From: a virus | Taxonomy: Duplodnaviria > Caudoviricetes | Strand: one strand, 5' to 3' | DNA length: 59,879 nt | Virus record (IMG/VR): IMGVR_UViG_3300031626_000002 | Location: 1 to 59,879 of that record | Shown here: positions 46,799 to 56,930 of the stretch, piece by piece | Layout of the letters: each line of letters starts with the position of its first letter | Numbering within the stretch: position 1 is the first letter of the stretch | Program-made: the position numbers and the translations under genes | Notes under the pieces: model-generated | The model's database searches: none | What the model was told of the DNA's origin: nothing | The model's input: only the letters and a program-made list of their open reading frames with translations

Positions 46799-49700
46799 AT
46801 GGGAATACTAGATGATATTAGTAACTTTCAGCCTAACACTTTAGCAGGTACTAATACTCACTTTATCGATGGTGATACATTAGATAACCCAGATGGCCCC
46901 AACTATCGTCTTCGTGGTTATGATGCTGCTGAGGTATCTAAGATTATAGGTGGTCAAGTTAAGGAAGGTACTGCTGGTGGTGGTGACACCACTGGCATTA
47001 TCTCCCGACTAGCTAATGAACAGGGGTTTACTAACATTAGACCTGTGTTCAACGCAGATGGTACCCCTATGATGGACACTGGCGGTAGTCGTCAGATGGT
47101 TGATCTTGTCAATGAGAATGGGGAAACCTTCTCAGGTAGGCTTATGAGTTCAGGTGCTATGGATTTAACAGAGTACTCAACAGACTCTGATAGAATCCAA
47201 AGGACAGCTGAGACATCTGCTAGGGAAAGGGCTATGTTCGAGGGTACTTACAAACCCTCTGCATTTGACAAGGCTGCACTGGACATTGAGTTGGCTGAGA
47301 GATCTGAAGGTGCTAAGTCTATGGGCTTTAAGCAAACCCTTGTAGATGAAAGAGAAAGAGCTTCTTACATTAGCTACTTCATGACTCAAGGTATGTCTAG
47401 GGATCAAGCTACAAACGAGATGAACAAGTATTTCAATCGTGATGTGGGCATCCGGAGATCAGGTGTCTCACTTGACAACAAATCTCTTAACCCTGTCAGC
47501 GACTCTTGGGAACAAGGGTGGATCAGTGTGGGTGAAAGTGCCTACGGTGTTGCTAACCTAGTGGGTTCCTCTACTGGTGCTGAGGGTCTCGAGAGATGGG
47601 GTGAGGATGGTGTACGTAGGCAGCAAGGTAAGCTGGCTGAGTATGGATACACAATTAACAACTATAAAGATGTTGATAGTATTGGGTCTGCCCTTGAGTA
47701 CCTTGGGAGTACAATGGCTCTGTCCCTACCTTACATGGCAATCACTGCTGGTTCTGCTATCGCTGGGACTGTAGCTGCTCCTGTCATAGGAGCTACTGCT
47801 GCTATCGCAGGTGCTGTAGCTATCCCCTCATTCATGTATGCAGGTCAAACCTGGAACGACATGGAAGGTGATAACGATAGTAAGTCTGCTACCATTGCTA
47901 TTGGTTCTGGTGTTGCTCAAGCTGTACTTGATCGCTTAGGTCTCAAAGGTATCGGTGGTATCGCTAAGAATCCAATACAAACTATTAGAGATGATATTCC
48001 AAAAGCACTTGCCAAGGCTCGTAACATAAGCCTGTCAGAAGCTAAGTTGATTGTTAAGCAGGAAGCAGACTTTGCCATTGGGCAGTTTGCAAATGAAGCA
48101 CAGAAGATTGCTAAGGCTCAACTCACAGCCAAACAGACTTCTATGAGAGCCTTGGGAAGTGTGGGTGTTGGCTCAGTATCTGAGGGACTAACTGAGGTTG
48201 GTCAGGAAGCTATTGGCTATCTTGCTGCTGTTCAAGGTTCGGATAAAGTATTTGACTACGAAGAGTTTCAAGAACGTTTAGCTAATGCTGCTGTTGCTGG
48301 CACTGCCTTGGGTGGTGCCTTTTCTATTCCTGGTACAGTTAAAGATCAGATAACTTGGATGGATGCAGCTGCTCGTTTCGGAGAACCCATACCTCAAGCA
48401 GACATTGAAAGATATGTAGAGGAAGAGAAGGCGGCTCACGGTGGTATTGTAAGAACTACACCCCAACTTTTAACAGATGTTCAGAAAGAGGTAGATGCCT
48501 CTGATGATCTTGGTTTCAACATCAATGAGAGAGAGGCTGAGCACAAGCAAACAACTGGTCAGAAAACATTTATGGAACGTGCATCTACGTCTGTAATGAA
48601 TGTGTCTAACCTTTGGCAAGCTGCCGTTACAAATGCAATTCCAAAAGCTACACTAGATAAGTCTAAGTCTGCTCGTGCATTGGCATCTATCTTAGGTGGT
48701 ACACTAACCCCTTTACATGGGGGTTCTGGTATCGAAGCTGCACAACACCACCTTGTCACTTACTACAAGAACCAAGTGCATGACCCAAAAGTTTTCTATA
48801 AGAACATGGGGCTGAGATCTTTAGCTGGTGTGTTTAAGGCTTCTGATAGGGCAAGGATAAGTGACTTAACTTACAAAGCCCTTAGGGCTGCTGTTGATAA
48901 GCGTGGTAACTTCAATAAGAATCTCGTACCAAAAGACACTCCTAACAGGCAGATGATTGTTGATTTAGGCAATCAGCTTATGGGTCTTGGTCAGGAGCTT
49001 CGTCAAAACCAACTAGATGCTGGTGCTGATTTGGGAGATATTAAAGCTTACCTTCTTAAGTACAAGTCAATTGATAAGACTGCTGTATCTAAGAACCCAG
49101 AGATGTTTACAAACCTATTGGTGTCTGAGTATAAGATCAGTCCTGCAGAAGCTTTGAGGATTACAGATGAGATCAGGGACAACCCAAACGTTTACGATCT
49201 AGACTCTGCAGATGCTATCATAAGTAATGTAGGATCTCTCAACCCACCATCGCACAAGAGTAGAAAGTTTGGTCTATCTCAGAATGAAAAGTTTGATCAG
49301 TTCTATGAAAAAGATATCTTCGCTAACGTTGCTAATGCAAGTAAGACTGCAGCTCGTTATGTAACTCAGATGAAGTATGTTGGTAAGGATGGGGAGATTG
49401 TATCTAAACTCTTGAACAACATGCAGGCTGAGGGTGTGTCCAATGAAGAGGTTAATCGTGTAGCTTCTGAGGTTAAGAATATCTTAGAGGCTGTGTCAGG
49501 TAACTACAACAGGCCGACTACTCAAGCTGGTAAGAAGCTTATGCGGTTCCAGAAGAATGTAATGTTCTGGATGACCCTCTCTGCACTACCACTTGCAACA
49601 TTCTCCTCATTACCTGAGATGGCTATGACACAGGGTGCTCTTACTCGTGATCAAATCTTTGGTAAGAATGGTAGTATTAAAAACATTGCACAAGAAGCAG

Positions 49701-50812
49701 TGTCTGGTTTACTACCCCAGCTTAGGAAGGTTGAGGCAAGCACTGAAGATGGCATACTCCGACAGAACACTGGGAGTGAAGGTCAGAAGTTGCTTAGGGA
49801 AACTGGTTTCTATGCTTGGGAAGTAGGTGCTGCAACAACCACAGGTGTCAGTGAGGTTTCAGACAGTCGTAAGAATGTTATGGAAGCTTTCTTTAGGGCT
49901 ATTGGTTTGACCCAATGGACTGACTATACTCGTGCTGTTCGTGCAAGTATGGCCTATGACTTCATATCTATTAACGCTAAGATAGTATTTCAAAGAGACT
50001 CAGGGTTAACACCTGATACTCGTGAGGCTCAAGAGGCAGAGCAAAAGCTGAGGAGCTTAGGGATACCTGTAGAACAATTCGTACCTCTCAATAGTATAAT
50101 TGAAAGGACTGGTCCTGAGGGTCTTAGAGATCCTAGGTCTATGGATCTCTGGAATCAAACAATGAAGGAAGCCACCTACAACTTTATCAACCAAGCAGTA
50201 GCCCTTCCAAGTGCAGCCAATCGTCCTTTGCTCTATCAGGATCCTAGGTTCGCTTTGTTCACACAGTTCCAAGGTTTTATCTCTACCTTTACAGCAAACC
50301 ATATACCTCGGATGTGGAATGATTACATTAAACGTGGTACTCCAGCAATGAAGTACAACACCTTTGTGCTCATGTCTACTATGATTGCCCTAGGGTTCTT
50401 CTCACAGGCAATGAAAGACGAGATCAAGTTTGATGATGATGATGATGAAGGTACACTGGGTAATCCATATCTGGATACACCTGAGTATGTTCGTCGTGGT
50501 GTCATGGCTTCTGGTTTGTTTGGTACAGGTGAGCGAGTTATTGATATGTTTGCACCTATCTATGGTCAACGCACTGATGGTCTTGGTGGTTGGTTATACA
50601 ATCAAGCCACAGGTGAAAGCCCCACAGTTGGTTACGTTGGTCGTCTTGGAGATGCAGCTTTGAATGTAGCTAAGGGTGACTTTGAACGTGCTGCGTATCA
50701 GGGTTTGAAATCAGCCCCTGGGATTGGTCCCTTTACAGACACAAACAAAAGCCTAGCTAGTCTTCTAACTGGTGGTGGTTGGAACTATAAAGACAACAAG
50801 GAGAATCAGTAA
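46799..50812 (+). CDS. Large ejection protein with N-terminal SNase-like domain
   Basis: IDGDTL...YRLRGYDAAE; hydrophobic Ala/Gly segment; C-terminal LFTQFQGF as in podophage DNA-injection proteins; no Cys. Confidence 0.75.
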   Translation: MGILDDISNFQPNTLAGTNTHFIDGDTLDNPDGPNYRLRGYDAAEVSKIIGGQVKEGTAGGGDTTGIISRLANEQGFTNIRPVFNADGTPMMDTGGSRQMVDLVNENGETFSGRLMSSGAMDLTEYSTDSDRIQRTAETSARERAMFEGTYKPSAFDKAALDIELAERSEGAKSMGFKQTLVDERERASYISYFMTQGMSRDQATNEMNKYFNRDVGIRRSGVSLDNKSLNPVSDSWEQGWISVGESAYGVANLVGSSTGAEGLERWGEDGVRRQQGKLAEYGYTINNYKDVDSIGSALEYLGSTMALSLPYMAITAGSAIAGTVAAPVIGATAAIAGAVAIPSFMYAGQTWNDMEGDNDSKSATIAIGSGVAQAVLDRLGLKGIGGIAKNPIQTIRDDIPKALAKARNISLSEAKLIVKQEADFAIGQFANEAQKIAKAQLTAKQTSMRALGSVGVGSVSEGLTEVGQEAIGYLAAVQGSDKVFDYEEFQERLANAAVAGTALGGAFSIPGTVKDQITWMDAAARFGEPIPQADIERYVEEEKAAHGGIVRTTPQLLTDVQKEVDASDDLGFNINEREAEHKQTTGQKTFMERASTSVMNVSNLWQAAVTNAIPKATLDKSKSARALASILGGTLTPLHGGSGIEAAQHHLVTYYKNQVHDPKVFYKNMGLRSLAGVFKASDRARISDLTYKALRAAVDKRGNFNKNLVPKDTPNRQMIVDLGNQLMGLGQELRQNQLDAGADLGDIKAYLLKYKSIDKTAVSKNPEMFTNLLVSEYKISPAEALRITDEIRDNPNVYDLDSADAIISNVGSLNPPSHKSRKFGLSQNEKFDQFYEKDIFANVANASKTAARYVTQMKYVGKDGEIVSKLLNNMQAEGVSNEEVNRVASEVKNILEAVSGNYNRPTTQAGKKLMRFQKNVMFWMTLSALPLATFSSLPEMAMTQGALTRDQIFGKNGSIKNIAQEAVSGLLPQLRKVEASTEDGILRQNTGSEGQKLLRETGFYAWEVGAATTTGVSEVSDSRKNVMEAFFRAIGLTQWTDYTRAVRASMAYDFISINAKIVFQRDSGLTPDTREAQEAEQKLRSLGIPVEQFVPLNSIIERTGPEGLRDPRSMDLWNQTMKEATYNFINQAVALPSAANRPLLYQDPRFALFTQFQGFISTFTANHIPRMWNDYIKRGTPAMKYNTFVLMSTMIALGFFSQAMKDEIKFDDDDDEGTLGNPYLDTPEYVRRGVMASGLFGTGERVIDMFAPIYGQRTDGLGGWLYNQATGESPTVGYVGRLGDAALNVAKGDFERAAYQGLKSAPGIGPFTDTNKSLASLLTGGGWNYKDNKENQ

Positions 50813-53800
50813 TGGCTATACCAGTGATTAAAGGGGGGAGTGCTGAGCTCCCCTCTCAGACTTTAGAAGATCGATTTGTTACAACTGAGCAGGTATCTCC
50901 ACAACAGGAAGCACCTGCACCACAATCAACAGGTATCCTACAGGACATTGCTAACACCACTCCGGAGCAGGTTGCAGCAATCACACAGGTGGATGCATCT
51001 GAGTTAACACCTGATTTAATCCTCCCAGAACAACAGGGAAATGATAACAGGTTCTTGGTACCTGACATGGCTACTCGTGCTCAGACAGACAACCAAAGGT
51101 ACAGTAGGGTCACACCTATTCAACTCCCAAGGGTAACTGTTGCAGCACAAACTGAGGCTGGTGGTAATCTTAGGTCTCGTGCAAAGACTCTTGTTCAGAA
51201 TGTAAACTCTGGTAATCTTGGGTTAAACCTTACAGCTCTTGGTACCCCAGCCTACGCATTAACCAAAGGTGAATCACCTGTCTCAGGTCCAGCACTTGCG
51301 GATGCTATCGCTGAATCTTCTGAAGGTAACATTGTAGCTGCCATTAGTAGGGCTAATGCAATTGTAGAATCTGAGGGTGGTATGAAGATACCTAACCCAA
51401 TGTACACACAGATTGCCTCTGCTATTATTGAAGATACTTTTGGTGGTAACTTGGACAACACCCTTGACCCTCTAGCGGAGGCAATGGGAGATCCATCTGT
51501 CCCTGTGGAAAGCCCAAACAAAACACTCACACACGCTGAGGGTAACGCACAGATAGGTAACAGGATACATCTTGAGTACCAGCGTAGGAATAGGCAGGCC
51601 ATGATAAGTCAGGGTGCTCCTGAGGCTGACCCTCAAGTTCAAGCATTGGCATCTCCAGATAAACTACCACGTAAGGAAGCGGAGACACTGGGGGCTGCGT
51701 TTAAGCAGTTGTGGGCAGACTCTAACCCAACACTGGTTACACGAGCCGTTGATCCAAAGACCCGTCAGATAGTTTATGGTCTAACTGCAGAAGGCGAAGC
51801 CGCTATTAAAGAGGGTGAGCTTGATCGTAAACAGATCTTCCCCCGTCAGATAGTACGCCCTCAGAAAGTACCTAACCAAATGGCTGGTACTGATGTTGGT
51901 AAGAACGTAGTTCGAGCAGTATCTGGTGGTAAGCCTGGTCAGAAGATGGGTCGGATAATCAACCAAGCTATCGATAACTTAGGTCAGGTTGGACATGTGG
52001 TTGATAAACAACGCATGAAGATACTGTACTCTACAGTCTTAGCTACATTAGTAACTGGTGATTATTCTACTTGGCAGGCTGAGATCAACAATGTTGGTCA
52101 AACTAGGATGGATAAATTCAATGCGGCTGCTAAGATGCAAGAACGTAAGCTTGCAAACAATCCAGAGATGCGTGAAGAAATCTACAATCCAGGTGAAAAT
52201 ATCAACAACTTGTTTGATAAACTAGCACAGGAAGTACAGTCACTAGCACAGGAACGCAATGGTATCAACTACCTTACCTATAATGTTCAGGGTTTCCAAG
52301 GGAGGTTGACACCTCAGCAATCCTACTTTAACCCAGTTACATCTAAGGCTGTTCGGTTTGCCACAAGATCACCTAACCCATCTATCATTAGACCTGGGAA
52401 CAGGCAAGAGAAGAACCTGCGTCAGATGTATGCCATGATCCTATTGTCTAAAGTCAAAGACTCGCAGGGTAATACAATTACAGATGCTGGTGATACCTTC
52501 TTACCTACCCAAAGAGAAGTGATGCTTAAGGCTAGGGAGTCTGAGCTATATGGTTATGGTAAGCGGCTTGCACAAGCACTAGAGATGACTGATGCGCAGT
52601 ATGAAGCTGTGTCTGAGGCGATTGCTAATGGTGTTCCCTTAGACTCTCCACAGTTCCCAAAGTTTAATCAACTCAGCCTTGATCCAAATAGTGATTATGA
52701 TAGCATGATTATTAAAATGATTAAGGACAAAAAGGAAGACGGTCCATTGCTAATGGATACGTTGATAGACTTTTCTAAGTACGTTGACTTCAAAAGGAAC
52801 TACCCAAATGACAAGCAGTTTATCAGTTATGTGAATGCTTACATGGATGGTAAAACTAATGGACCTGCAAGTCAGGGTATGCAGATGGGTGAGATACCAA
52901 CAGCTTTCTTAACTGGTGTTCTTAGAGCAAGAGGTAACAGGTCAACACTCTTAGATGATGGTGACATACGCGATAAGCTTATGGGATTAGCTAATCAGAG
53001 TATAGAAAGTGGGTGGGAGAACATCAGTGAGGATCTATTCCCACAACTGAACGATGTTGCTCGTGCTGTATTTAGTGACAGGGATCTAGCTAAGCTGACT
53101 ATCATGACCTATGGTTATGGTAAGGAGGTGGAAAGTTTTGTGGCTGATATTGAAGAAGTGTTGGAAGTTTTAAATGAAAAACTAATACAGGACTCTGAAA
53201 GTTCTTATGGCCCCAGTCTTTCTATCATAGACTCCACTATGTCACGTAGGGATTTAGCTAAGGTTCTCTTAGAGAAATACAAAGGATCTCTTGAAGGTGT
53301 GATGACTGCTGAATCAATAGAGGCTAGGTCTATTATGAGGGCTGCTGCTGCACTTCACGCTGCTATGAATGAGCCTTTCATCATCAAAGGTCCAACGGGC
53401 ATGGACATTCATATTGGTGGTGAATCCTCTACAGGTTATGATGCAGCATCTAGAAGTACCTATAAGAGTAGATCTCCTGAGACTGGTGAGATGGTTAAGA
53501 CAACTGTTGCGCACTATGAGACTGAGACTACGGCTGCTGCTACTCGTAATAGGACAAACCCAGATGGTACCATTGAAGGTACTCCTGGTGAGTTTGCTTA
53601 TGGTGGATCTGTTGTTGCCCCCATCCAAGCTGTTGATGCTGCCACTGTAGCAATGACTGCCTCTGGTAAGTCTTGGGACAGGGCAGGTAAGGCATCCAAT
53701 GGGAACCCATTCCTTTTAACTATCTACGATGCTTTTAAAGTAGATGCTAATGGTTATGATGTATTCCTAGAAGAAATTAACCTCAACTGGATGGATGCAA

Positions 53801-54312
53801 CCCTTGATTGGAGCTACCTAGAACAGGCACGTAACTCCCTGACTGAGGCTACTAAACGTTTTGAAGAGAAGATGAAAGGTAGGAAGCCTGATGACAAGCT
53901 CACAGATAATGAGAAGGTCTATATGGATTGGATGCTTAAGGTATCCCCTGCTGCCAGTGGTAATATGTACATGGCTAATCTCTGGGGACGCATGAGTAAA
54001 CTAACAGGTACTGCTGGGAAGGTCAGGACAGAAGAGCAACTTCAGGAAGATCGTGTTCGCATGTCTAGGGTAATGGCTGCGGAGATGAAGAAGGTGGGGT
54101 ATGATCCATACAACCCACCATCTGAGCCCACTGTCAATCAGCTCAAGACCTTCAAGGGTCTTCTTCGGAATGAGTTGAACCTACATTCTAGGTTGCCAGA
54201 TGTTATTAAAAGAACTAATAGCAACAAGGTAGCCCTTAGAAAAGAGCTGCTTATGAATGGTTACAAAACCGAAAGCGGTAGACGTATTCCACTGCAATAC
54301 TACGCACACTAA
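50812..54312 (+). CDS. Putative virion-encapsidated single-subunit RNA polymerase (N4 vRNAP-like)
   Basis: YNVQGFQGRL...FNPVTSKAVR; motif A MDGKTNGP; motif B RDLAKLTIMTYGYG; PIQAVDAA; motif C IYDAF; no Cys; last gene of the ejection cluster. Confidence 0.85.
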   Translation: MAIPVIKGGSAELPSQTLEDRFVTTEQVSPQQEAPAPQSTGILQDIANTTPEQVAAITQVDASELTPDLILPEQQGNDNRFLVPDMATRAQTDNQRYSRVTPIQLPRVTVAAQTEAGGNLRSRAKTLVQNVNSGNLGLNLTALGTPAYALTKGESPVSGPALADAIAESSEGNIVAAISRANAIVESEGGMKIPNPMYTQIASAIIEDTFGGNLDNTLDPLAEAMGDPSVPVESPNKTLTHAEGNAQIGNRIHLEYQRRNRQAMISQGAPEADPQVQALASPDKLPRKEAETLGAAFKQLWADSNPTLVTRAVDPKTRQIVYGLTAEGEAAIKEGELDRKQIFPRQIVRPQKVPNQMAGTDVGKNVVRAVSGGKPGQKMGRIINQAIDNLGQVGHVVDKQRMKILYSTVLATLVTGDYSTWQAEINNVGQTRMDKFNAAAKMQERKLANNPEMREEIYNPGENINNLFDKLAQEVQSLAQERNGINYLTYNVQGFQGRLTPQQSYFNPVTSKAVRFATRSPNPSIIRPGNRQEKNLRQMYAMILLSKVKDSQGNTITDAGDTFLPTQREVMLKARESELYGYGKRLAQALEMTDAQYEAVSEAIANGVPLDSPQFPKFNQLSLDPNSDYDSMIIKMIKDKKEDGPLLMDTLIDFSKYVDFKRNYPNDKQFISYVNAYMDGKTNGPASQGMQMGEIPTAFLTGVLRARGNRSTLLDDGDIRDKLMGLANQSIESGWENISEDLFPQLNDVARAVFSDRDLAKLTIMTYGYGKEVESFVADIEEVLEVLNEKLIQDSESSYGPSLSIIDSTMSRRDLAKVLLEKYKGSLEGVMTAESIEARSIMRAAAALHAAMNEPFIIKGPTGMDIHIGGESSTGYDAASRSTYKSRSPETGEMVKTTVAHYETETTAAATRNRTNPDGTIEGTPGEFAYGGSVVAPIQAVDAATVAMTASGKSWDRAGKASNGNPFLLTIYDAFKVDANGYDVFLEEINLNWMDATLDWSYLEQARNSLTEATKRFEEKMKGRKPDDKLTDNEKVYMDWMLKVSPAASGNMYMANLWGRMSKLTGTAGKVRTEEQLQEDRVRMSRVMAAEMKKVGYDPYNPPSEPTVNQLKTFKGLLRNELNLHSRLPDVIKRTNSNKVALRKELLMNGYKTESGRRIPLQYYAH

Positions 54313-54370
54313 AAAAATAAGGCCCCCAAGAGAACCATTACGGTTTTCCTGGGGGCCTTTTAATTTTATT
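54313..54370. terminator. Bidirectional intrinsic terminator between the two transcriptional arms
   Basis: A-run, AAGGCCCCCAAGAGAACC-atta-CGGTTTTCCTGGGGGCCTT, T-rich tail. Confidence 0.88.
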
Positions 54371-54656
54371 TAAGCATACCTTTCTTTGCAAGGAGCTCTC
54401 GGTACTCCTTCATCTGGTCTTGCTTACGCTGTCGTGCTTCTTTATCATTGATCACACCACCCTCTAGGTCTTCTGCAATACCAATGTCCATGACACGTGG
54501 CATAAGATCCCTTGTGTAAGCCAGCTCCAAGTCTAGAGATGTCTTTGTTAGTGGGTTGGTATTCCAATCAGAGATGAACTCATCGTCATCTACTTGAACA
54601 CCCCGTAGTGCTAAATGATTATATGATTTACGCGAAGAAGTAGTCACTGTTTTCAA
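54366..54656 (-). CDS. Hypothetical protein downstream of the RNAP
   Basis: TTG start after AAGGAG, overlapping the RNAP 3' end. Confidence 0.7.
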   Translation of the reverse strand: MKTVTTSSRKSYNHLALRGVQVDDDEFISDWNTNPLTKTSLDLELAYTRDLMPRVMDIGIAEDLEGGVINDKEARQRKQDQMKEYRELLAKKGMLK

Positions 54657-56922
54657 TCTCCTTTATATCTAAGCTGCCTAATGTAGGTTGTTCCACATCA
54701 TCCTCAGCATCTGTTATGAAGTTACGTATAACCTCAAAGTAATTATCGTAGTCGTACATGCGTATGAATATTTGTTTGGTTAAGTCGAGTAGTTTATCTA
54801 CATCACAGGCATGAGTACTGAAGCTATCATGCACAGCTGCAAAGGAACCATCCCACTCAGAGATAACCAAAGCCATGTGACTAGCATCCATAGAGTGTAT
54901 GTAGTTAGGTGACATGCCACATATGAAACCTCTCCTGTCTGGCATACGTGTAGGTACAAGTGCTACGTGTGTAACTTGACCTGTCTTATTACCATACCCT
55001 TTGATGCGTCCTCTAGCTTTTCTATCTTGCATGATCCATTTCTCATAGATCACATGGAACCCTGATGGTGTACTCCACTCAATCCTATCCTCACCTTTAC
55101 CATGTTTAAGACTTGTCGTGAACTCTTTAAGTTTAATCACAACATCGTTAAGCTCATAGAGATCTTCATCAGTCTTGAAGTTCTTCTTCATCAGAGTGTC
55201 ACGTATCTTAGACAGGTTACGATACTCAGTGTTAGCTTCGTACCCTTCTGAGTCTACTTTTACATGTGTACCTAATTGATACATCGCTAGGTTCTGTAGG
55301 TAACTCATAGTAGATAGTGGGCCTGGACATACCTTATCAATTGCTTTGATCAGCAGTTTAGACAATTTAGTACAGTCATCCTGTGTGATGTCATACTCTG
55401 TGTGGTAGTCCTCTGACTTACAATCAAAGAACATGTTCTCAGCAATCTTCTTAGAGCCTGCTGAGTATGCCCTAGTCATAGAGCCACGCTTGGATATCCC
55501 TTTACGTATACTCTTCATAGGCATACTAGACAATATACCATTAAGCCTATCATCTTTACACAGATCAATCATCTCCTTAGCTGTCTGCACATAGAAGTCT
55601 TTCTGTATCTCTGAGGGTATTAGACCAACCAACTCACCAGTTTGTTCGTCCTTAGAGATTGCTCCTAGGTGTTGCCAACCATTGTTACTCCCATCAATAG
55701 GGATTGGTAGGCTAGTCATGTGGATACGATTGTCCCTGTAAGCACAGTCAAATTCATACCACTCAACACAGGCAGCAAGGAAGGATACTTTCTTCTCAGC
55801 TTGACCAGAGAATTGTGAGTTCTTACCAGCCTGTATGATCTCATTCATGTACTCATTGGTCCAGATGATACGATCCTCTAGGGTCATCTTGTCAACAGAG
55901 ATGTTGTCTAACCCTTCACCCTCAAGGTGTCCTTTGTAATCAGATGTACACCAATCAGGTATCTCATCGATGTTGTAAGACATGTTGAAGACAGACGCTG
56001 TGTGTATAGCTAACCACTGTAACCCACTCTCAGTCATAGGCTTTGAGTGTTGAAACTTAAACAAGCCCCTAGCTAGATCAGATCCCTGGAAGTTCATGAA
56101 GCTCTCACAGTAGTAGAACCTACCACGATAGTCTACATCCAGGTACTGATAGAAAGCCTCTAGCTCTGATAGCTTACGTGCTTTCTCTGATATGAATGCC
56201 CACTCAACCATCTTACTTCTACGCTTGAGTTCTTTAGCATCATTGTCCTTAATAGGATCAGTAGATAGGAACAACTCTTTGTTCTCAATCATTGCATTGT
56301 AGACTGGTTTGTTTATCTTCCAAGCAGTCTGCTGCAGTTTGTTAAGGGCTTGTACCCAAGGTGCATAGGGGTCTATTGGATCACCCTCTACCCTACCTTT
56401 GATCACTGGCCTGTGTACCCCATTGATCTTCTGTATCATACCAGATATATCTTTGGGTCGTATGATACTGGTAGAGGCTAAGGGGAAACTCCCACCTCTC
56501 TCAGGTATCACACCTAACTCATACCATCTATGTGATGCAGACACCACATGACAGCTGTTACGGGTCTTAGCATAGGACAAGTCGATAAACCCTAGGTTGT
56601 ATAGGGCTTCTACGAACAGGTCTCCTATGGACACTACAGAGCCCCAGGGAAGGGGCTCTCTATCTAGTTCTTTACCTACACTCTGACCTATCTTACTAGA
56701 TGCATTGGTGAGTGTGGTTGTACCAGCTGGGCTTGAGCTGGTATCCTTAGTGAATTGCATTTGAAGTATAGAGATACTCTTAACAACGTACCCTTCCATA
56801 CGTTCACTATAGTTTCCAGACAATCTCATCAAGAGCCCAGCAAGGTGGGGTCTTCGACGTGCAGGACTTACACCATCTACCCTCTTGACAAGGTAATCAA
56901 CTATCTCTTGGAGTGCTGACAT
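54628..56922 (-). CDS. T7/T3-type single-subunit RNA polymerase
   Basis: DYRGRFY, motif A IDGSNNGWQH, motif B RKGISKRGSMTRAY, PNYIHSMDASH, motif C VHDSF, C-terminal YFFA. Confidence 0.97.
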   Translation of the reverse strand: MSALQEIVDYLVKRVDGVSPARRRPHLAGLLMRLSGNYSERMEGYVVKSISILQMQFTKDTSSSPAGTTTLTNASSKIGQSVGKELDREPLPWGSVVSIGDLFVEALYNLGFIDLSYAKTRNSCHVVSASHRWYELGVIPERGGSFPLASTSIIRPKDISGMIQKINGVHRPVIKGRVEGDPIDPYAPWVQALNKLQQTAWKINKPVYNAMIENKELFLSTDPIKDNDAKELKRRSKMVEWAFISEKARKLSELEAFYQYLDVDYRGRFYYCESFMNFQGSDLARGLFKFQHSKPMTESGLQWLAIHTASVFNMSYNIDEIPDWCTSDYKGHLEGEGLDNISVDKMTLEDRIIWTNEYMNEIIQAGKNSQFSGQAEKKVSFLAACVEWYEFDCAYRDNRIHMTSLPIPIDGSNNGWQHLGAISKDEQTGELVGLIPSEIQKDFYVQTAKEMIDLCKDDRLNGILSSMPMKSIRKGISKRGSMTRAYSAGSKKIAENMFFDCKSEDYHTEYDITQDDCTKLSKLLIKAIDKVCPGPLSTMSYLQNLAMYQLGTHVKVDSEGYEANTEYRNLSKIRDTLMKKNFKTDEDLYELNDVVIKLKEFTTSLKHGKGEDRIEWSTPSGFHVIYEKWIMQDRKARGRIKGYGNKTGQVTHVALVPTRMPDRRGFICGMSPNYIHSMDASHMALVISEWDGSFAAVHDSFSTHACDVDKLLDLTKQIFIRMYDYDNYFEVIRNFITDAEDDVEQPTLGSLDIKEIENSDYFFA

Positions 56923-56930
56923 GTATTCTC

